Notes under the pieces: generated by a model
The model's database searches: none
The model's input: the letters and a program-made list of their open reading frames with translations, nothing else
Told to the model about the DNA's origin: nothing
Origin: Blastocladiella emersonii ATCC 22665
Lineage: Eukaryota > Fungi > Blastocladiomycota
Direction of reading: 5' to 3'
Length of the DNA: 64,000 nucleotides
Assembly (NCBI GenBank): GCA_025594325.1
Contig: JANHCV010000010.1
Location: forward strand, 310,001 to 374,000
Translations under genes and position numbers: made by a program
Shown here: positions 33,361 to 45,307 of the stretch, piece by piece
Position numbering within the stretch: position 1 is the stretch's first letter
How the letters are laid out: every line of letters begins with the position of its first letter

Positions 33361-33474
33361 TCTGGAGACGTCTCATTTCGCGGCTGCTCCGCTCACTTCT
33401 CTCGCTCACACGACTCGACCAGTGAGTAGAAAACTGTTTGATTACTCGACTCCGTCTATCTCGCTTTCTCCGAC

Positions 33475-36400
33475 TCAATCATCGTCCTCGTCGCGCTTAC
33501 TCCGCTTCTTCTTGTCGCCCTTGGGTCCGGGCCGCCACGCGTCCTTGGCGAACTCGCCGCTCTGCACCGCGGCGCCGAAACACGCGTCGAAGACGTCAGC
33601 GTACCACTCGACGGGGACCCCGTTGATCCCGTCCTTGATGTAGTCGGGGAGCTCGGCCCAGTCGGCCTCGTTGGCCTTGGGGAACAGGATCGTGGTGACG
33701 CCGGACCGTTTCGCGGCGATGGTCTTCTCCTTGAGCCCGCCGATCTTGAGCACCTTGCCCGTGAGCGTGAGCTCGCCTGTCATGGCGATATCCTTGGGGA
33801 GCGGGGTGCGGGCCGCGAGCGAGATGAGCGCCGAGGCCATGGTGATGCCCGCCGAGGGTCCGTCCTTGGGCGTGGCGCCCTCGGGCACGTGCAGGTGGAT
33901 GTGCGCGTGGTCGAAGAACGGCAGGTCCGGGAACCGCTCGGCGACGTGCGTCTTGGCGAACGTGTAGGCGATGGACGTCGACTCCTTCATCACGTCGCCG
34001 AGCTGGCCCGTGATCTTGAACACGGGTTTCGCGTCGCGCGAGAGGGCGGATTCGAGGACCGACTCGATGTACAGCGCCGACCCGCCCATGGCGGTCCACG
34101 CGAGCCCCATGACGACGCCCGCGGGCGGGGAGTCGAACATGCGCTCGGCCTGGAACGGCGGGTTGCCGACGTAGTCCTTGAGCGTGGCGGGCGTGACGTG
34201 CACCTCGGTCGCGCCGTCGGCCACGATCCGGAACGCCGCCTTGCGGTAGATCTTCTCAATGTGCTTCTTGAGGTTGCGCACACCGGACTCGCGGCAGTAG
34301 AACCGGATCAGCTCCTCGAGCGCCTCGCGCGACACGTCGACGGGCGGGATCGGGTCGATGACGGCAGCCGCGGCGGGCGCGGGCTTGGCGGGCGACGCGG
34401 CAGCGGGCGCGGGAGCGGCGAAGGCGGATGCGGCGATATCCGATCCCTGGCTCGCCTCGGCGTCGGCCTTGGCGGACACGGCCGCGTCCTCGATGACGTC
34501 GCGGACGAGCCCGCACGCCTTCTTGGCCTGCGGGACGAGGTACCGCTCGGCGATGGCGACCTTCTCGTCGGCGACGTAGCCGGACAGCTGGATGAGTTCC
34601 ATGCGGTCGAGGAGCGGGGCGGGGATGGTCTCAGTGACGTTGGCGGTGCAGACGAAGAGGGTCTTGGAGAGGTCGATGGGGACGTCGAGGTAGTGGTCGA
34701 GGAAGGTGCCGTTCTGCTCGGGGTCGAGGAGCTCGAGGAGCGCGGACGCCGGGTCGCCCTGGTGGCCGCGGCCGAGCTTGTCGATCTCGTCAATGAGGAT
34801 CAGCGGGTTCTCGGTCTGCACCTTCTTGAGCGCCTGGACCATCTTGCCGGGCATGGCGCCGACGTAGGTGCGGCGGTGGCCCTTGATCTCGGCCACGTCG
34901 CTGAGCCCGCCAACCGAGAACCGGTAGAACTCGCGGTTGAGGGCGCGCGCAATCGATTTCCCGATACTCGTCTTGCCGACGCCCGGCGGGCCGACCAGGC
35001 AGATGATCTTGCCCTCGACGGTGCCCTTGAGCTTGCCGACGGCGATGAACTCGAGGATCCGGTCCTTGACGTCCTTGAGCCCGTAGTGGTCCTCGTCGAG
35101 GATGGTGCGGGCCTTGGGCACGTCGAGGTGCTCGTCCGAGTGCTTGCCCCACGGCAGGCACGTCAGCCAGTCGAGGTAGTTGCGGGTGACGTTGAACTCG
35201 GACGAGGCCGGGTCGAGGTGCGACAGCTTGGCCATTTCCTCGTCGACGACGGCCTGGACGGCGGGCGGCAGCGTGGCGTTGGCCATGCGCTCCTTGAACT
35301 TGTCGAGCAGCTTGTCCTTGCCGTCCGACTCGAGCCCGAGCTCCTTCTTGATGCCCTTGAGCTGCTCCATGAGGTAGTACTCGCGCTGGCGCTTCTGGAT
35401 CTTGGTCTCGACCTCCTTAGAGATCTTGGACTGCAGCTGCGCGTTGACCAGCTCCTTCTTGAGCACGTACAGCGCCTTCTGCAGGCGCTCCTCGATCACG
35501 AGCGAGTCGAGCACGCCCTGCAGCTCCTCGGCGTCGCTCCCACCCGAGACCGCGGCGGCGAAGTCGGCGAGCTTGCTCGGGTCGTCGAAGATGGTCGCCG
35601 ACGACTGCGACACGGAGAAGGCGGCGATCTGCTCGCGGAACAGCGGGTTCAGCGTCGCAATGTCCTTGAACACGGACACGATCTCGGACGTGAGCGCGCG
35701 GATCAGCTGGTTCCCGCGCTTGTACGGCTCGTCCGTGATCGGCTCGGTCCGCACCATCGACACGTCGTACTTGGACGGCAGGTACGCCTGCGGCGACGTG
35801 TCCTGGTCGACGGCGGGCGCGGGCACGGGGGTGGCGGCGGCGGCGGCGGGTGCAGCAGCAGGGGCAGCGGGCTCGGCCGAGGTAGGGGTGGCGGGCGCGA
35901 GCGTCGGTGCCGCAGTCGGCGCCGGCACGGGCTGCTCAGCGACATCCTCGACAACGACCGCCGCAGCCTTGCCGCCCTTCTTAGTCGCGAGATCCGTCGC
36001 GAGCCCGGCGATCCGGACACGCTTGTGCGGGTACAGGATCGCCGTGAGCGACGGCGTGGCGTCATCCCCAGTCGCGCCCGCGGGCGGGGTCGAGTGGTAG
36101 ACGTTGGTGATCTGGCAGAAGACGCCGACGCGGTAGATTTCGTCGAGCGAGGCGATGCGGTCCTGGTCCGCGTCCTCGTCGCGCAGCAGGACGGCGGCGA
36201 GGTACGGCTGCTGGGTGCGGGCGAGCTCCTTGATGGCGCCGATCACCTCGGGGTCCTTGATCACCACCGTCTTGTAGAAGCCCGGGAACAGCGGGCGCCG
36301 CGTGATGGGGAGCGCCATGAGGGGGGAGTACTTTTCGGGCGGCGACATGGTCTGCAGCGACGAGGACGAGGACGAGGAACCGCTGGAGGCGTCGTCGCCG

Positions 36401-36933
36401 TCGTTGGTGCCGGACCCGTTCCCGAACGCGGCGGCGAGCGCGCTCGATGCGGACGAGGAGGAAGACGAGGACGGCGACACGTTGATGGCAGTCCGGCGGC
36501 GCGGCGCGGCCGTGACGGGGTTCTCGCGCCACGACGGCTCGCCGTTGGCTGCGTCGCTGGATGGCGGGTCCTCGGGGTCGACGGGGATCCGGCGCGTGCG
36601 CCCGTTGCCCTTGCCGCCCTTGGCCTTACGGACCGCCTGCGCGGCGGCATCCGCGTCGAGGCCCTTCTTACTGCTGCCGTCCTCACCACCATCGCCGTTG
36701 CCGCTGGCTGGTGGCGCAGCTCCAGATCCAGACGACGCAGAGTCGTGCTCGCGGAGCAGCATGGCGGGCGACGGCCGGCGCGCCGACAGCGGGGTGGTCG
36801 TCGCGGACGAGAGCGCGCGCGACGAGGCGGCGGCGGCGATGGCGACGCGGGCGCGCGCGGCGGTCGCGGACCCGGCGGCGCGCAGCGCGAGGACCCGCGC
36901 GGCCGAGTGGCGCAGGCACGGGCGGAGGAGCAT
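33475..36933 (-). CDS. PIM1: Mitochondrial Lon protease
   Basis: LON N-domain (PLFPGFYK), Walker A GPPGVGKTS, Walker B LILIDEIDK, protease motif HVPEGATPKDGPSAG and catalytic Lys in GGLKEK. Presequence-like N-terminus. Confidence 0.98.
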   Translation of the reverse strand: MLLRPCLRHSAARVLALRAAGSATAARARVAIAAAASSRALSSATTTPLSARRPSPAMLLREHDSASSGSGAAPPASGNGDGGEDGSSKKGLDADAAAQAVRKAKGGKGNGRTRRIPVDPEDPPSSDAANGEPSWRENPVTAAPRRRTAINVSPSSSSSSSASSALAAAFGNGSGTNDGDDASSGSSSSSSSLQTMSPPEKYSPLMALPITRRPLFPGFYKTVVIKDPEVIGAIKELARTQQPYLAAVLLRDEDADQDRIASLDEIYRVGVFCQITNVYHSTPPAGATGDDATPSLTAILYPHKRVRIAGLATDLATKKGGKAAAVVVEDVAEQPVPAPTAAPTLAPATPTSAEPAAPAAAPAAAAATPVPAPAVDQDTSPQAYLPSKYDVSMVRTEPITDEPYKRGNQLIRALTSEIVSVFKDIATLNPLFREQIAAFSVSQSSATIFDDPSKLADFAAAVSGGSDAEELQGVLDSLVIEERLQKALYVLKKELVNAQLQSKISKEVETKIQKRQREYYLMEQLKGIKKELGLESDGKDKLLDKFKERMANATLPPAVQAVVDEEMAKLSHLDPASSEFNVTRNYLDWLTCLPWGKHSDEHLDVPKARTILDEDHYGLKDVKDRILEFIAVGKLKGTVEGKIICLVGPPGVGKTSIGKSIARALNREFYRFSVGGLSDVAEIKGHRRTYVGAMPGKMVQALKKVQTENPLILIDEIDKLGRGHQGDPASALLELLDPEQNGTFLDHYLDVPIDLSKTLFVCTANVTETIPAPLLDRMELIQLSGYVADEKVAIAERYLVPQAKKACGLVRDVIEDAAVSAKADAEASQGSDIAASAFAAPAPAAASPAKPAPAAAAVIDPIPPVDVSREALEELIRFYCRESGVRNLKKHIEKIYRKAAFRIVADGATEVHVTPATLKDYVGNPPFQAERMFDSPPAGVVMGLAWTAMGGSALYIESVLESALSRDAKPVFKITGQLGDVMKESTSIAYTFAKTHVAERFPDLPFFDHAHIHLHVPEGATPKDGPSAGITMASALISLAARTPLPKDIAMTGELTLTGKVLKIGGLKEKTIAAKRSGVTTILFPKANEADWAELPDYIKDGINGVPVEWYADVFDACFGAAVQSGEFAKDAWRPGPKGDKKKRSKRDEDDD

Positions 36934-37323
36934 CGTGGAGGTGGGTCTAGCGTCGGCGGGAGATAGGGTCTAGCCTAGAGAGTCGTGGTGCGTAAGCCGA
37001 CCGATGGTCGCGCAGCGGGGAAGCGAGCGGGACTGCGCGGACCTGGCGAGCGAGCGCGGGGAGGACTTGATCTGATCTGCGTGGCGATACGTTGCAGTGG
37101 TCGGGGTGTGCTTCCCGGTAGCGAGAGAGCACTTGCAGCAACTTAGGGAGGGGAGGACGGAAAGGCGATGGCGCAGCGATGGCGACGGGCGCCGAACGAC
37201 GCGCTTGTTGTACCCGCGCGTCACGTGGGGCACTGACAAATGCGCGGCCCGCTCGCGTCGACGCGTTTCCCGGAAGAAATCTGATGCTGCCCTGTATGCC
37301 CATACACAAACCCACTCACTCGC

Positions 37324-39268
37324 TTACGACCAGTCCATGGCGTCGCCCGCGTCGTCCATCATGCCGCCCATCATCATCCCGCCGGGGCCGCCGAGCCGGA
37401 ACCCGCCCGCGCTTGCGCCCGCCATCCCGCCCATCATCATCTCGGCGAGCGCGCCCGCCGCGCCGGCCCCACCGAGGCTGCCGGAGCGCGACGGCCCGCC
37501 GGCCTTGGCCGTGAGAACCACCTGCTTCTCGGCCGCGCGGACGCGGGCGCCGGTATCGAGGGCCTGCGCGATCCGCTGCGCGAGGCCGGCCGCGGTCGCC
37601 GCGTCGTCGAACTTGTCGTCGTCGTCGAGGAACGCGACGGTGCCGAGGGCGTCCTCGCCCATGGGGTCGTCCGCGGCAGGCTGCGGCGCGTGGCCGATCG
37701 TCGCGCGCACCTTGCCGACAGCGACCATATGCGCGACCTCGCGCTCGACCGCCGCGGCGGCGTCGCCGCCCGACGCGAACGAGGCGGCCGTCTGGCGCGC
37801 CATGTCGCGCAGGGACAGCGTCAGGTAGGTCTCGGTGAGCCGCTTGACGGCGAGCTGCGGGGCGGCGCGGACGACCTGGCGCACGAGCCCGAGGTTATCG
37901 GCGCGGGCAAACTCGGCCAGGTGCTTGTCGACGACGTGCGCGAGGCGCGCCTCGGCGTTGGTCGCGGGGCCCGACGTCAGCGCGGACCCGAGCGCCCAGT
38001 ACGCCTCGGTCGCGCCGCGCGCCATGTTGAGCACGGAACCGCCGCCGAAGGTGCCCTTGGGCAGGTCCGGCGTCTTGCCCGTGTGGATCAGGCTCACCAG
38101 GATCAGCTTCTTGAGCGCCGCCGCCTGGATGTGGCTGAGCGCCGTCGACGGCACCGCCAGCGTCTACTCGTCGATGGGGGTGAGACGTTGAGTCGGGGCG
38201 AGCGGCGGGGGTGGAACGTACGAAGCGGAAGAACTCCATGGCGCGCTGGTACTCCTTGAGCCCGGTCCACACCATGCCGCCGTAGTACTGGTACAGGAGC
38301 ACGTCGCGCACGTTGATCTAGACACCACGCATCGAGTGTGAGAGACAATCACTCGAGCGGTCAGCAAGGGACCGTACCGGCTGCTGCACCTGCTCCATGG
38401 GCGTCGTGAGCAGCGGGAGTGCCGCCTTGAAATGGTTGGCCAGAAGGCACGCCTACACTCCCTCGTGTCAGTCCCGCTCTCGCACCATCTTCGCAACAAC
38501 AAGTACCTTGAGCACGAGCTGGTGAATCGACGTGATGGCGTGCGGCTGCGCAAACTTGTGCGTGAGCGTCACGAGCGGGCGGAGCACCGCGCACGGCTAC
38601 TCGTCCCGGCGTGTCAGTGATGGTGCATCACACCGCGCCGTCACGTAATGAACGCACCGAGGTCGCGGCGCCGAGGTTGAGCAGCGCCTGTGCCATGTTC
38701 TTGGCTACACGTACGATCGAGTGTGAGCATCGCGGCGCCGATCATCCGCGCTGTGGGAGCGTACCCTGCTGCGGCGCACACCGCAGGTCCTCGCCCTGCA
38801 CTGCCTCGATAAACTCGGCCGCGTGCAGGAACACGCGCTGGCGAACGTCGGGCGCCTGGAGCGCCGCCTGGAGCAGCGACGAGCTACACAAACGCGCGTC
38901 AGGTCTCGCCCCACACACCCCACACGTCGGAAAACGCACTGGATGTACAGCAGCAGCGTGCCATGCGAGTCGACGGGGAGCGCGCGCAGGCTCTCGGGGT
39001 TGTGGATGAAGGTGCCGACGAACAGCGTCGCGTCCGTGGCGGCAAGCCGCGACACGAGGCTCGCCGCGCGCGACGCCGACATGACCGCCTCGTTGGCCTT
39101 GGCCGCCGGCTTCGCCTTGCCCTTGCCCTTCCCCTTGCCCTTGTCAGCGGGAACGGGGGCGGGCGTAGCGGCAGCGGCAGCCGAGTCGCTGCCAGCGACT
39201 GCGCGCCCGAGGTGCACGCACTCGGCGGCGGCGGCCTCGATCGACGTGTATCCCGACGAAATGGCCAT
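37324..39268 (-). CDS. CSN3: COP9 signalosome subunit 3 (PCI domain), multi-exon
   Basis: LLYQYYGGMVWTGLKEYQRAMEFF, VPSTALSHIQAAALKKLILVSLI and VKRLTETYLTLSLRDMA..MVAVGKVRATI. Confidence 0.9.
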
Positions 39269-39430
39269 GGTGCTTGTGTTGCGTAGAGTCGCGAAGGCTC
39301 GGCGGCTGCATCGAGTGGCGGGGTGAGTGGAAGCGGTGGGGTGCGTGGGGAGCGGAGGCGCCAGCGAGCGGCAAGGCGGCGGCGTCGGCACGGCGAGGGA
39401 GTCAGAGTCACGGAAACGAGCGACGCGTGT

Positions 39431-39661
39431 TATTTACAATATGAGATACTCACACAACAATTCGCGTACTCAATCCCTTGGGGACTGAATCTAGTACAGG
39501 ACCGACTGTGAAAAACGGGTTCGAACAGCCGACCACCCAAGACCACTCAGCGCGCGGACGCGCACTGGCGGCATTTCTGCCGCGGGGGTCAACACACTGC
39601 GCCCGCGAGGGCGTTGTGCGCGACACACATGGGTATGAATGCGTAGACCGAGGCGGTCTAC
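39431..39661 (-). ncRNA. Candidate omegaRNA scaffold of Fanzor B
   Basis: Minus-strand hairpins: GTAGACCG/CGGTCTAC over the stop codon; GCGCAC/GTGTGT (G-U pairs) enclosing CGCCC/GGGCG; CGGCA-GAAA-TGCCG (GNRA loop); TCAGTCCC-CAA-GGGATTGA (G-U). Ends in ATTGTAAATA, like Fanzor A. Confidence 0.6.
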
Positions 39662-41338
39662 TGGTGCGCTGCTGACGAACCCGTCCCCACGGCCGGGCCC
39701 GCGGGATCCGCGGCGGCGGCGGCTTGGGCTTGAGCGTGAGCTTGGCCGCGGCCATTGTCGGTGAGGTTGTTGGGGTCGAGCGTGAAGCCGAAGATGTTGA
39801 CGGCGGCGTTCTGGTCCCGTTGGACGTGCACGCCGCAGCGGGGGCAGGCGCGCTTCTGGTACCAGGCCTTGTCCTTCTTCTTGCCGGTCAGCTTGAGCTC
39901 TGAGTCGTCTGACTCCTTGCACCGGGGCTTGGGGCCGACGACGTAGCACGCCGCGCACCACTTGGACGAGTAGTGCTCCGAGACAATGTACGTCGGGATG
40001 CGCGCGGCGCGCAGGTGGTGGATCAGCTTCTTGACTGGGGCGCTGAGCTTGCACGAGAGGACGCTGAAGCCCTGGAACGCTGAGCTGATGACGACGACCG
40101 TGTCGCGCAGCGAGTATGTGAGCTCGGCCCACCACCGACGTTCCTGCAACTCGTTGAAGAACCGGAGCCGCGCCACGCGGTTGTTGAAGGCCTCAGCCAG
40201 CTGCATGTCGAGCGTCTCGACGAGGAACTTGGCGAACTTGATGGGGTCCTTGGCGTACTGCGACAGCTTGGCGTAGACCTTGTGCAGGCCGTACTCCTTG
40301 GCCCACAGCTTGCGGCACTTGGTCATGGTGTGGTGGCCGACGTCGTTGTGGAACTTCTTGGTCAAGCACGACCATAACAGCGCCTTGCAGCGCACAATGA
40401 CCGACATGACGCCGCGGGCGACCTTGCCAACCTGCTTCATGAGGTCCGAGTCCTTGAGCGCGGCGGCGCAGTTGACGAGGCCAACGAGCCGCTTGTGGGC
40501 GGCGCGGTGCTCAGGCGTGAGGACGAGGGCCTTGTAGATGTCGCGCTTGCTGGGGTCCATCCACACCTCGACCTTGCCGTTGGGGTTTGGGATCTGGCCG
40601 ACGTGCACGCCAAGCGGGTTGCGGCAGCCGGGAATTGGCGGCCGCAAAGGCAATGATGACAAGGATGACAACAACGGCGAGGTGGGCTTGTGCTTGGCCT
40701 TGGACACGACCTTCTTGAACATGGCGTCGCCGCGGCGGTTGATGCGCTTGAAGGCACCCTTGGACTTGGCCTTGGCCTTGGCCTTGGTCAGCACCTCCTC
40801 GCGCCTGTCCTTGGACTCCTTTGGCCAAATGCCGCCCTTGTACCCGACCACGCGCGCCGTGTAGCCGTCGGTGAAGAACACGCCATTGAACTTGTTCTTG
40901 ACAGGCACGCCGTCCTTGAGCTTGCGCAGGATCGAGGGCTTGAGGATACCGTTGAAGCGCGACACGAGGAGGTCCCAGTGCGCCTGCACATTCTTGGCAA
41001 TGATCGGGGCGTTGCGGGCGATGTGGGCGGCCTTCTCCTAAGGCTTCTCGCTGTCCTCGACAGGCTCAATCGGGTCTGACTGGGCCTTATTGACGTACTC
41101 GCGCAGCTTGAAACCCTTGGCGCCGAGGAGCTTGTGCACAGCCTCGCCGTCAAACTGGACCATGGGCCGGCTGATGACAAGCTCGGGGATGAGCTTCATT
41201 GAGACTGGCCCATACTTAAACCTCGACACCTAGGGAACAATTGAGCTTGTACTCAACGCAACTCCCAACTTCAAGCTTGTTCCGCACACTGTTTGCGCTC
41301 CGCCAAAGCTGGACGAGGGGTACTGGACCATAAGCGAC
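39658..41338 (-). pseudogene. Fanzor1 remnant B, C-terminal portion; one nonsense codon; predicted 58-bp intron at 41230-41287
   Basis: FFTDG; RuvC-I WMDPSKRDI; APVKKL; RuvC-II VSEHYSSK; CAAC..CPRC; RuvC-III QRDQNAAVNI. In-frame TAG at 41038-41040. Confidence 0.92.
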
Positions 41339-41367
41339 GCATCGCAAAACCTGCAGCACCGCTCTGG

Positions 41368-41540
41368 CCCGGATCTGAGCCAGACTGCGCTTCTGGGCCG
41401 GATCTGGCTCAGACGCCGGCGGCGGGGTGGGCGCGCGCGGAGGGGCTCGGGTGTTGGGGCGGGATCCGGCCCAGATGAGCCGTCTGGCTCAGATCCGGGC
41501 CAGATCTGGTTGCCGGGCCCAGATCCGGCCCAGACGGGGG
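41368..41540. repeat. Left subterminal repeat array (GGCCCAGATCCGG/CCGGATCTGG motifs, both orientations)
   Basis: About eight (C/G)CCGGATC / AGATCCGG / AGATCTGG units within 170 bp. Confidence 0.85.
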
Positions 41541-42450
41541 ACTTGGCCGCGAGCTGCAGCTGCCATGGCCGCGAGCCGCGGCGGCGGGACGGTGGGACGC
41601 GGTGTCAAGTATCAAATGCATGTATTGATTGCTATGGGTCGATCCGCGGGGCGAGGGCGAGTGAGAGTAGTCGCTGCACAACGTGGTCGCGATGCCCGCC
41701 GCGGGCGACGCCATACCCGCCCACCAGGGACTGGTGGACAGCGTGGGGACGCGGCAGCAGCGACCACCGCGGCGGCGGCGGCCACCGTGCGTAGCGGTGG
41801 CTGCTGAGCTGATGCGATGGCCGCGAGTCGGCCCGGCCGGCCACACGGCCGCTGCGGTGGCACGGTCCGCGGCGGCGGCAGCGCGAGGTCCGGCGCGCAA
41901 GGACGGCGGCGACTTGACCCGCGCCGGGTCTTGAGCGAGGTGGCGCGTGTCAGAACGATCCGGCGGCGACGGCTTCACCGCCTCCGTCTTCTGCGCGGCG
42001 GGCCCAAGTCGCGCGCGCGAGAGATCTTGACGAGCGCCAAGGCGCGGCGAGCCGCCGAGGCACGGTCGCGCGCGGCGGCACGCTTGTTGGGCGGCTCAGC
42101 GCTGTTGATGATGCCCGTTGACCCGCAAAAACGAGTAGGCGGAGTGCGGGCCATAGGTCGCGGCGCGCGCAGCCAATGCGACCACCGCTGCGGAGCCGCG
42201 GGCGAGCGAGAACCGGCGTCGGCGGAGCCGCGGGCGAGCGAGAACCGGCGTCAGCGGAGATGGTGGTGGGCCGGCGACTGTCGGGACCACGCGTGAAGTT
42301 GCAGCCGTGTGCAACCAGCCGTGCGCGACTGACGGACTTGGGTGAGGCAAAGAATGCAATGAAGCCAAGCCGGACTAGCCCATGGCAGTTGCAAACGTGG
42401 TGGAGAGGAGGGGCGAGCGCGGCGGGGTGGGGATGGTGGGCGAGCGTTGC

Positions 42451-44909
42451 TCAGCGCAGGATTGAGTCAAAGGCCGTGTCAGACTCCTGGAAGAACTGCT
42501 CGCGGCCGATGAACCAATTAAGGTGGTAGTACAGCTTCTTCTTGGGCTTCCCGTTTGACGAGGTGCTTGAGGAACGTCAGCACGAGATGGACAGGGCCGA
42601 CGATGGCGGGAACGGGTACAATGGCAAGGGCGTCCTTGTGGCGCACCTGGATCAGGTGAGTGATGGCATTGCGGGCGAGCATGGTGTTGCTGTTGGGCTT
42701 GAACCGCGAGAACCAGCGACCGACGGCGACCTGGAAGCGGTCGTCAAAGCCCTTGACAGCAAAGTCGAGGAAGAGGATGGGCTCCATGATGTTGAGCCCG
42801 CCCTGGTTGCCGCGCCGAGCCTGGGTTTGTTGCCAGGGGGAGGCGATCAGTAACGAGTGGTGTAAAGCGGCAGGAAGATAACAAGGCGAGGTTAAACGTA
42901 CCACAAAAAAGTCGTTGACGAGGCGACCATGGGACTCGGTGACGTGGGCCTTGAGGATCTCGACAATTGGCTGGCGGTCGAGGTCGCTTGTGCAACGGAT
43001 CTCCATGCACTGGAACCCGCGGACCTGCGACACGCGGCTGGCGGCATCAGTAAGGTCCTTGGGACGAAGCGCAGCGTTGGCGTCGCGGTTGCTGGGTGGC
43101 AGAAAAGGACAGGGAGCGAACAGGAGAGTGGCGTCAGTGCATGACTTCAAGAGAGGGCAGTGATGCAGGAGTACGTACTCGATGTCGAGCAGGACGTGCT
43201 TGGCCATGGCCTTGGTGAGGCCGCGCAGGAGGTTCGGGAACTTGTTCCCAAGCCAGTCGAGCGTGACGCTGTGGCGGGACCCGCGCAGCAGCGAGGGAAC
43301 GACGCTGAGCGTGATGCGGCGCTCCTTGTACTGCAACTTGACGCAGCTGACGGCGGGCTGTGGTTCAGCAGCAGCGTTGGTAGCGGCCGTTGGCGCGCCA
43401 GCGCCTGCAGTCGTCGCGCCATTGCCTGCAGCGCCTGTGGCCGCCGACATGGCATTGACCTTGGCGATGAGCTCCGGGCTGCCGTAGAGGCGAGCGTAGA
43501 CGCGGCCCTCGTCCGTGGCAATGTCGATGTCCATGTTGTCAACACACTGGATGGTGCGTGCAGCAGCGGGCGCGGGGGCAGCAGTGGCGGCGGCAAAGGT
43601 TGTTGCGGGTGCTGGGGCAGCGGGCGCAGGGGCAAAGGTTGTTGCGGGCGCGGAGGCACGAGCGGCGGCCACTCAAGCCCGCGCGCCGTCCAGTGCCCGG
43701 TCAAGGGGCGCGAGCGTCAGGTCGACCTTGTCGAGCGAGATGAGGTTGGGGTGGTAGACGCGCATGTAGGAGAACTGCGCAATCAGGGCGTCGCGTGCAG
43801 CAATGTTGAGCGACGCCAAAATCTTGAGCGACTGCCGGCTGTTGGTGCGCTTTGTTGGTGCCGTTGCGTACACCTTGTGCTGGAGCTCAATTGTGGTCTT
43901 GGTGCTGGACGCCGTCGGCGCGCCAAAACGGCGTGCCGAGCCCGGGATGTGGTTCATCATATGAAACATGAGGGCGTTGGGGAGGTCGACGCCAGCGTCT
44001 TCAAAGAATGGCACGAGGTGCTCGAAGAAGACGTCGAGGTACCGTCTGATCAGCTCCAGCGCCAAGTCGGTGAGGGTCGGCGAGGACGCAAGCGTGGCCA
44101 CGGTCGCAAATCTGCTGAACAGGTGCAGGACGCAGTTGTTGAGCTCCTTCTCACAAAACAGGCCGATCAGGTGTGGCACAATCACCTACAGGCAAAGCAA
44201 CGCAAACACAATGAGTAAGCATTGGAAGGGAGCCAGCCAGCAGCGAGTCTACCCAAGCACGGAGAAACACACGTACGTGGTAAAGGCACCGCCACTCGTG
44301 CCCGGCGAGCTTGTCACGCGTCATGATGGCGCTGGAGCGCAGCGGGTTGCTCGAGAAGGCGGGCGTCATGCTGATGCGCTGCTTGAGGCTCAGCGGGTGC
44401 ATCACACGCTTCTTGACGAGGGCCTTGAGCGCCGACCACAGGTAGCGGCCAAACGCGCCAATATCGAGCTGGTGCAGCAGGTCGACAGCAAGACACTTGA
44501 AGATGTTGACGCCGGGCCACTCCTCGAAGCCGCTCTACACGTTGTTCGTGTGGGGGCAAAATGGTCGGTGAGTGAGACATGGGCGGCGCCAAAGCGCAGT
44601 GGGCATGGAGAGAGCCAGCGCACCTTGAGCAGGTGGTACCCGAGCGTTTTGGCCAGCGCCTTGAGCTGGGCCTTGCTCAGGCCCGTGACAGCGGGGTTGA
44701 CACGCTTGGCGCGGATCTCCTCGATGTTGTAGGACCCAAAGATGAGCATGCGTTTGAGAAACTGCGCGACCTCGGTCGGGCAATGCGGGCAGACAATGCC
44801 CTGCTTGGTGAGCGTCATGATCGAGAGCTCGGGGAGGTCGCTGAGCACCTGCAGCAGCCGCATGAACGTCTTGTAGACGTCACCGGGTGCGACTCGCATC
44901 GGACGCCCG
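42451..44909 (-). pseudogene. Plavaka/CMC-type DDE transposase, 5'-deleted, with nonsense and frameshift lesions
   Basis: SDLPELSIMTLTKQGIVCPHC, VDLLHQLDIG, KLAGHEWR, FHMMNHIPGSARRFGAPTASSTKTTIELQHK, and C-terminal AIVGPVHLV../YYHLNWFI. TGA at 43673-75, frameshift near 42570, several introns. Confidence 0.85.
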
Positions 44910-45307
44910 CTACACATGCGCGAGTACAAGGGCAAAGTCAGTGAGGGTGGGCGGCCCAGCGTTGGCGTGCGCGCGCGCGGGAGAGATTGCGGCGCGGCGG
45001 CGAGGCAGCGACGCGCTGAGCACGTGATTGGCGCGTTGGCGCGTTGGCGCGTTTGCGCGTTTGGCGGCGTGCTGCACAGCCTGCTGCACAGCGGCGGCGA
45101 AGAGGCAGGCGAAGAGGGGGCGCCCCCTCGCCCCGCCCCGCCCGCTCCCGCTCCCGCTCTCCCTCCCCTCTCTTGACTTCGCGCCTGCTCGGCCTTGGTC
45201 GCTTCCGCTCCCGCAAGACACCCGCCGCCCTCGACCTCCTGGCATCCGACCCACCCGCCCTCCACCGCCACCGTCACCGCCATCTCGCGTCCCGAGCGTC
45301 GCCCGTC

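Noticed and set aside
2600-33400. Endogenous giant-virus segment (intronless F-box, ankyrin and LRR genes)
   Set aside because: No capsid, packaging ATPase, polymerase or other viral hallmark genes were seen; host genes with introns are interspersed.
33889-36966. 1025-aa plus-strand ORF
   Set aside because: Antisense shadow of PIM1 caused by GC-rich codon bias; no domain signal.
31580-41229. Either Fanzor as a currently active nuclease
   Set aside because: A lacks its N-terminal half and has a stop next to the RuvC-II Glu. B has a stop and is split by a transposon.
42190-42258. 32-bp direct repeat x2
   Set aside because: A local slippage duplication inside the transposon with no independent meaning evident.
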